Source: a virus
Taxonomy: Duplodnaviria; Caudoviricetes
Length of the DNA: 57,374 bases
Reading direction: 5' to 3' (one strand)
IMG/VR virus record: IMGVR_UViG_3300006805_000034
Span: 1 to 57,374 of that record
Under the pieces are notes generated by a model. It saw only the letters and a program-made list of their open reading frames with translations. It searched no databases and was not told where the DNA came from. Below are positions 53,946 to 57,374 of the stretch, piece by piece. Position 1 is the stretch's first letter, and every line of letters starts with the position of its first letter. The position numbers and the translations under genes were made by a program.

Positions 53946-54682
53946 GGGAGGAGGTGAATTGAGGTGGGAGCTTTGGTGACGGGAAGGAGTGGCTGCGGGG
54001 TGAGGGCGGGCCAGGGCAGGGAGGCATCCAGCAGCCAGGCGCGCACGGCGGGCTGGGTGGTGAGGTGAAGATTGGTCCCGATGGCGGAGGTGTGAACGGT
54101 GGCGGTGATGATACCGAGAGTGAGGAGTTCATTGAGCGTCGGGATCATGGCGGAGCCGCGCATTTCGTCGGCCCGGCTCCAGGGGAGGGTTTCGGCGCAC
54201 TGGCGGGAGCGTAACAGCCCATGGGGACGGGCGGCATGGATGATGGTGGAGAGATGGCAGCCGGTGAGACCCGTGGCATACAAAGCCTGCAAGCGATGCA
54301 GCAGGGTGTGAGCCTGCGCGGCACCGAGGGGCGGGGTGGTGACAGCCAATTGATGGTCTAACGCGCTGAGAGGGCACAGGCTAGCAAGAAAGGCAGGCGG
54401 GGTGTAGTAGCGCCGCCAGGACTGGGGGCCGCGAGGCTTGGGGCCGTGATCCTCCTGAAGGCTGATGCCGTGGCGCTCCCAGGGTCGATTCAGCCGCATG
54501 GAGATGCGCTGGCTGGGGGTCAGATTCGCGGTGCTGAGGCCTTTCTCGCCTTTGCGGGCGATACGCAGCAGCAGGAGCAGGGTTTTGACGGAGATGCGCC
54601 AGGCTTTGCAGGTGTGTAGCACGGCAATGTAGTGGGCGAGGTGAACGTCGGTGGTGGCGGTGGGAACGGTGGGAGTCGTCAT
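53942..54682 (-). CDS. Hypothetical protein
   Basis: 246-aa ORF coupled to neighbours. Confidence 0.55.
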   Translation of the reverse strand: MTTPTVPTATTDVHLAHYIAVLHTCKAWRISVKTLLLLLRIARKGEKGLSTANLTPSQRISMRLNRPWERHGISLQEDHGPKPRGPQSWRRYYTPPAFLASLCPLSALDHQLAVTTPPLGAAQAHTLLHRLQALYATGLTGCHLSTIIHAARPHGLLRSRQCAETLPWSRADEMRGSAMIPTLNELLTLGIITATVHTSAIGTNLHLTTQPAVRAWLLDASLPWPALTPQPLLPVTKAPTSIHLLP

Positions 54683-54706
54683 GGAGGCAGTGGGTGTGGG
54701 GTGGTA

Positions 54707-55543
54707 TCAGGGCTTGGAGGTGATGTGATGGAAACCGCAGAGAGGGCAGGGGTAGGCGCGGAGGAAGTTGGGCGCGTTGTGCCGGTAGCGGCGGGGCTGG
54801 GCGCCGTACTGCCTTTCATGGCTGGCAGCCTGGGTGCTGCCTTTGAGCCGTTCATTGATGGCGGTTTGCGCGTCCTTGAGATTGGCGTAGCAGTGCTTGG
54901 TGCAGCGCTGGGTGCCATCGGCCTCGACCCGCACCAGGGGAGAGGCCACACCGCCGGTGGCACGCCATTGGCGGAGGTGATCGGACACTTGGGCGCGGGT
55001 GGCGAGATCGGCCCCGTGACCGAGGGCACGCTGCTGCCCGACTTCATGGAGCTCGTAGTGCGGCAGTTCGCCGTAATGGCGCTGGAACCAGCGGCGCTGC
55101 AGTCCGAGGGCTCCGAGAGCGAAGGCGTGCAGACAATCCTCATAGCCGGGCAGGGTGTGCAGAGTGGACATGGACGCCCACGGCCATTGCTGCGTGGGGG
55201 CGCAGGGGTCCAGCGGCGAGACGAAGATGATGGCAGGCGCGAGCGGCAAGTTGGTGGGCAGAGGAAAGCGGGTGAGGTAGTCCGCCACGGGCTGCCAGTG
55301 GGGCCAGGACTGCGCCCAGGGCTGGGCATTGACCCACTGCAGGTAGGCTGGCGGGACGGCGTGGAGATGCTTGCGGGTGTGCTCGCCCACGGGCATGAAA
55401 TCGTGAGGCATGAGGACACGCTGGTGACCGGGGCGGAAGTAGGGGACTTCGGCGGCGGCAGGGAGCTGGGTGGGATCGGGCGGCGGGAGACGCCAGAAGC
55501 GTTCGCGGTTGCGTTGTTCGTTGGAGGTGGACCAGGCGGACAT
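54707..55543 (-). CDS. Multidomain hypothetical (DUF3820-like, DUF4031-like, Zn ribbon)
   Basis: MPVGEH..VPPAYLQW; LHAFA..LGLQRRWFQ..HYEL; YPCPLCGFHHITS. Confidence 0.65.
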   Translation of the reverse strand: MSAWSTSNEQRNRERFWRLPPPDPTQLPAAAEVPYFRPGHQRVLMPHDFMPVGEHTRKHLHAVPPAYLQWVNAQPWAQSWPHWQPVADYLTRFPLPTNLPLAPAIIFVSPLDPCAPTQQWPWASMSTLHTLPGYEDCLHAFALGALGLQRRWFQRHYGELPHYELHEVGQQRALGHGADLATRAQVSDHLRQWRATGGVASPLVRVEADGTQRCTKHCYANLKDAQTAINERLKGSTQAASHERQYGAQPRRYRHNAPNFLRAYPCPLCGFHHITSKP

Positions 55544-55563
55544 GAGGGTTTAAAGTTGCAGGT

Positions 55564-57374
55564 TTAAAGTTTTAAGTTGTCGGAGCCGGAACACGCTGAA
55601 GCGTGAACAACGAGCGCGGACTGGATGCGCTGGGCGATCCAGCGGGCGCAGGGGACGGCCCAGGAGTTGCCGAGGGCTTTGTAGCGGGGGCCGTCCGGGC
55701 TGTGGGCGCACTGGGTGGCGGTGAGCTCGTCCATGCCGAGATCCCTGAGGTAGGCGATGGTTTGGGCGAGGTCGGCGGCTTTGCGCAGGCGGCCGCCTTT
55801 GGAGGGGAGGAGGGTGTAGCCGATGAGGAAGCCTTGCAAAATTTCGCATTCTTCGGGGGTGAGGCGTCGGACGCGCCAGAGGCTTGAGACTGGATGCTGG
55901 ATGCTGGATTCCAGAGGCTGGCTGATAAGGGTGTTGCTGCTGTTTTGGATGGCGGAGCCGGTGCCTTCGCGGATGGTGCCGGCGGTGTCGGTGGGGGTGA
56001 CGACTTCACGCGTGCCTTCACGCGTGCCTTCACGCGTGCCGTGGAGCGTGTAGGCGACGTGTGGGGAGCCGTCGCCGGCTTTGCAAGCGTCTGCTTTAAG
56101 CACTGCGACATCGCTGGGAGCGCCCCCTGTTTTGTTGTCGCAAGTGTAGTAGCGAGGCTCGAAGCTGATGGCTTCCTGGACAGCCACACACGGGGCGGCG
56201 TCACCTTTCCCGCTCTGCCCGCTCTGCGCTTGGAGCGCGTTGACGACATCGCCGGTGTTGCCGCGGCCATTGCGGGCGATGCGGGGCTGGAAAGCGATGG
56301 GGGCAGAGTCAGGAACGGGGTCAGAGACCCCGGCACCTTGGACTGGGAACGCGACGGCGGTGGGATTGTGGGACTGGAGGACGGGTGACAGGTCTTCAGT
56401 GCCAGCGCGCAGGGTGGGGGCGAGATCAGCCGTGGCGTCGGCTCCGTGGTCTTTGGCGGAGAAAGCCACGCAGTGGGGCTTCATGGTGTCGAGGGCTCCC
56501 ACGACTTCACCGAACACCAGCGGCGGGCGGTCGTAGCCGCGGCCATCATCGCCACGCATGCGGGCGGAGAAAGCGATGGGTAATTCGTCCAGACCACCTG
56601 AAGGCGGGACTACACTACTTGGAATGGGGACGAGCGGGGTGCCGCGTCCGGTGCCGTCTTCGCTGGCGTCGAAACCTTCGGCGCGTAACGAATGCGTTAC
56701 ATCGACGAGAAGCGTCTGCCTCTCGTCCAGCGTCGTGTTCGGCCCCTTGTGCATGCGGAGGGTGAGGCAGTTGGCGAGATGGGGGATGAGTTTGGATTCT
56801 TGGCTCTCGTTGTCGGCGTGGTAATTCGTTGTGAGAGGGGCGCAGATTTCAGGGATGGCTTTTGCGGCCGTGGCTACGATGTGATTGGCGCGGGCGTGTT
56901 CGACATCGCTGCCGCCGTCGGTGCTGCGGAGTGTGAGGCAGTTGGCGAGGTGGGGAATGAGGAGGTTTTGCTCGGCGTCTTGGGAGGTGGCAGATCCGGC
57001 GGCTTTGCCGTTGGCGGAGAGAGTGCCGGCAAGGTCTGCGACGATGGTCTGCGGCTGGGTGGGGGCAGTGGTGACGCGGAGGCGGGCTAGTCCGTCATCG
57101 GTCCAGTAGCCTGCGCCGGTTTCGGCGGCGCAGCAGGCTACGACTGGGTCTTGTCCGCGTGTTTCTCCGGTTCTTTCGACTCCTCCGCCACCGCCTTTAG
57201 CGCGTGCGCTAAGGGTGGGGGCAGTTGTTTGCCCCGTTTCTCGGCGCGGCGGAGTATCCCGGCGCAGGCCAGTGAACTCAAATAGAACCGCTGCGGGATC
57301 GAATGCGGGATCAGCACTTGCGACAACGAACACACGCTTGCGTCGTTGGGCCAGTCCGAAATATTGGGCATCGA
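55564..57374 (-). CDS. DNA cytosine-C5 methyltransferase, 5' end outside window
   Basis: DAQYFGLAQRRKRVF at the edge, VRRLTPEECEILQGF, RYKALGNS; long variable region. Confidence 0.9.
   Translation of the reverse strand, partial: DAQYFGLAQRRKRVFVVASADPAFDPAAVLFEFTGLRRDTPPRRETGQTTAPTLSARAKGGGGGVERTGETRGQDPVVACCAAETGAGYWTDDGLARLRVTTAPTQPQTIVADLAGTLSANGKAAGSATSQDAEQNLLIPHLANCLTLRSTDGGSDVEHARANHIVATAAKAIPEICAPLTTNYHADNESQESKLIPHLANCLTLRMHKGPNTTLDERQTLLVDVTHSLRAEGFDASEDGTGRGTPLVPIPSSVVPPSGGLDELPIAFSARMRGDDGRGYDRPPLVFGEVVGALDTMKPHCVAFSAKDHGADATADLAPTLRAGTEDLSPVLQSHNPTAVAFPVQGAGVSDPVPDSAPIAFQPRIARNGRGNTGDVVNALQAQSGQSGKGDAAPCVAVQEAISFEPRYYTCDNKTGGAPSDVAVLKADACKAGDGSPHVAYTLHGTREGTREGTREVVTPTDTAGTIREGTGSAIQNSSNTLISQPLESSIQHPVSSLWRVRRLTPEECEILQGFLIGYTLLPSKGGRLRKAADLAQTIAYLRDLGMDELTATQCAHSPDGPRYKALGNSWAVPCARWIAQRIQSALVVHASACSGSDNLKL
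57138..57374 (-). CDS. Out-of-frame nested ORF, M.EcoHK31I beta-like, partial
   Basis: WPNDASVCSLSQVL..FYLS..CAGILRRAEKRGKQLP. Confidence 0.7.
   Translation of the reverse strand, partial: SMPNISDWPNDASVCSLSQVLIPHSIPQRFYLSSLACAGILRRAEKRGKQLPPPLAHALKAVAEESKEPEKHADKTQS

Noticed and set aside
1-57374. RAYT or IS transposase driving the repeats in cis
   Set aside because: No HUH-Y1 or DDE transposase motifs recognised in any ORF.

Overview
Most of a GC-rich temperate tailed phage or prophage with podovirus-like architecture; both window ends fall inside genes. Order: tyrosine integrase (5' partial), a leftward block of small early genes (xis-like, LuxR-type HTH, acyl carrier protein), CI-like repressor, replication-associated genes, terminase small and large subunits, internal virion genes including a ~15.4 kb polyvalent DarB-like gene (SF2 helicase, N6-adenine MTase, PPase-like domains), portal, tail fibre, lysis cassette, scaffold, major capsid, adaptor, tail protein, a glycosyltransferase/methyltransferase trio, and a leftward block with VRR-NUC, adenine MTase and a C5 MTase (5' partial). 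Starts usually lack a Shine-Dalgarno and sit in a TTATG context; a Verrucomicrobiota-like host is my guess only. The main unexplained structure is about ten families of short dispersed repeats. Four are REP-like hairpins (about 44 copies counted by eye), all on one strand, many translated in-frame inside proteins, and often bounding accessory genes. I also found three recurring cis-motifs, two nested out-of-frame genes, and three frameshifts at simple repeats that may be sequencing errors. All calls come from reading motifs by eye; no database search was run.
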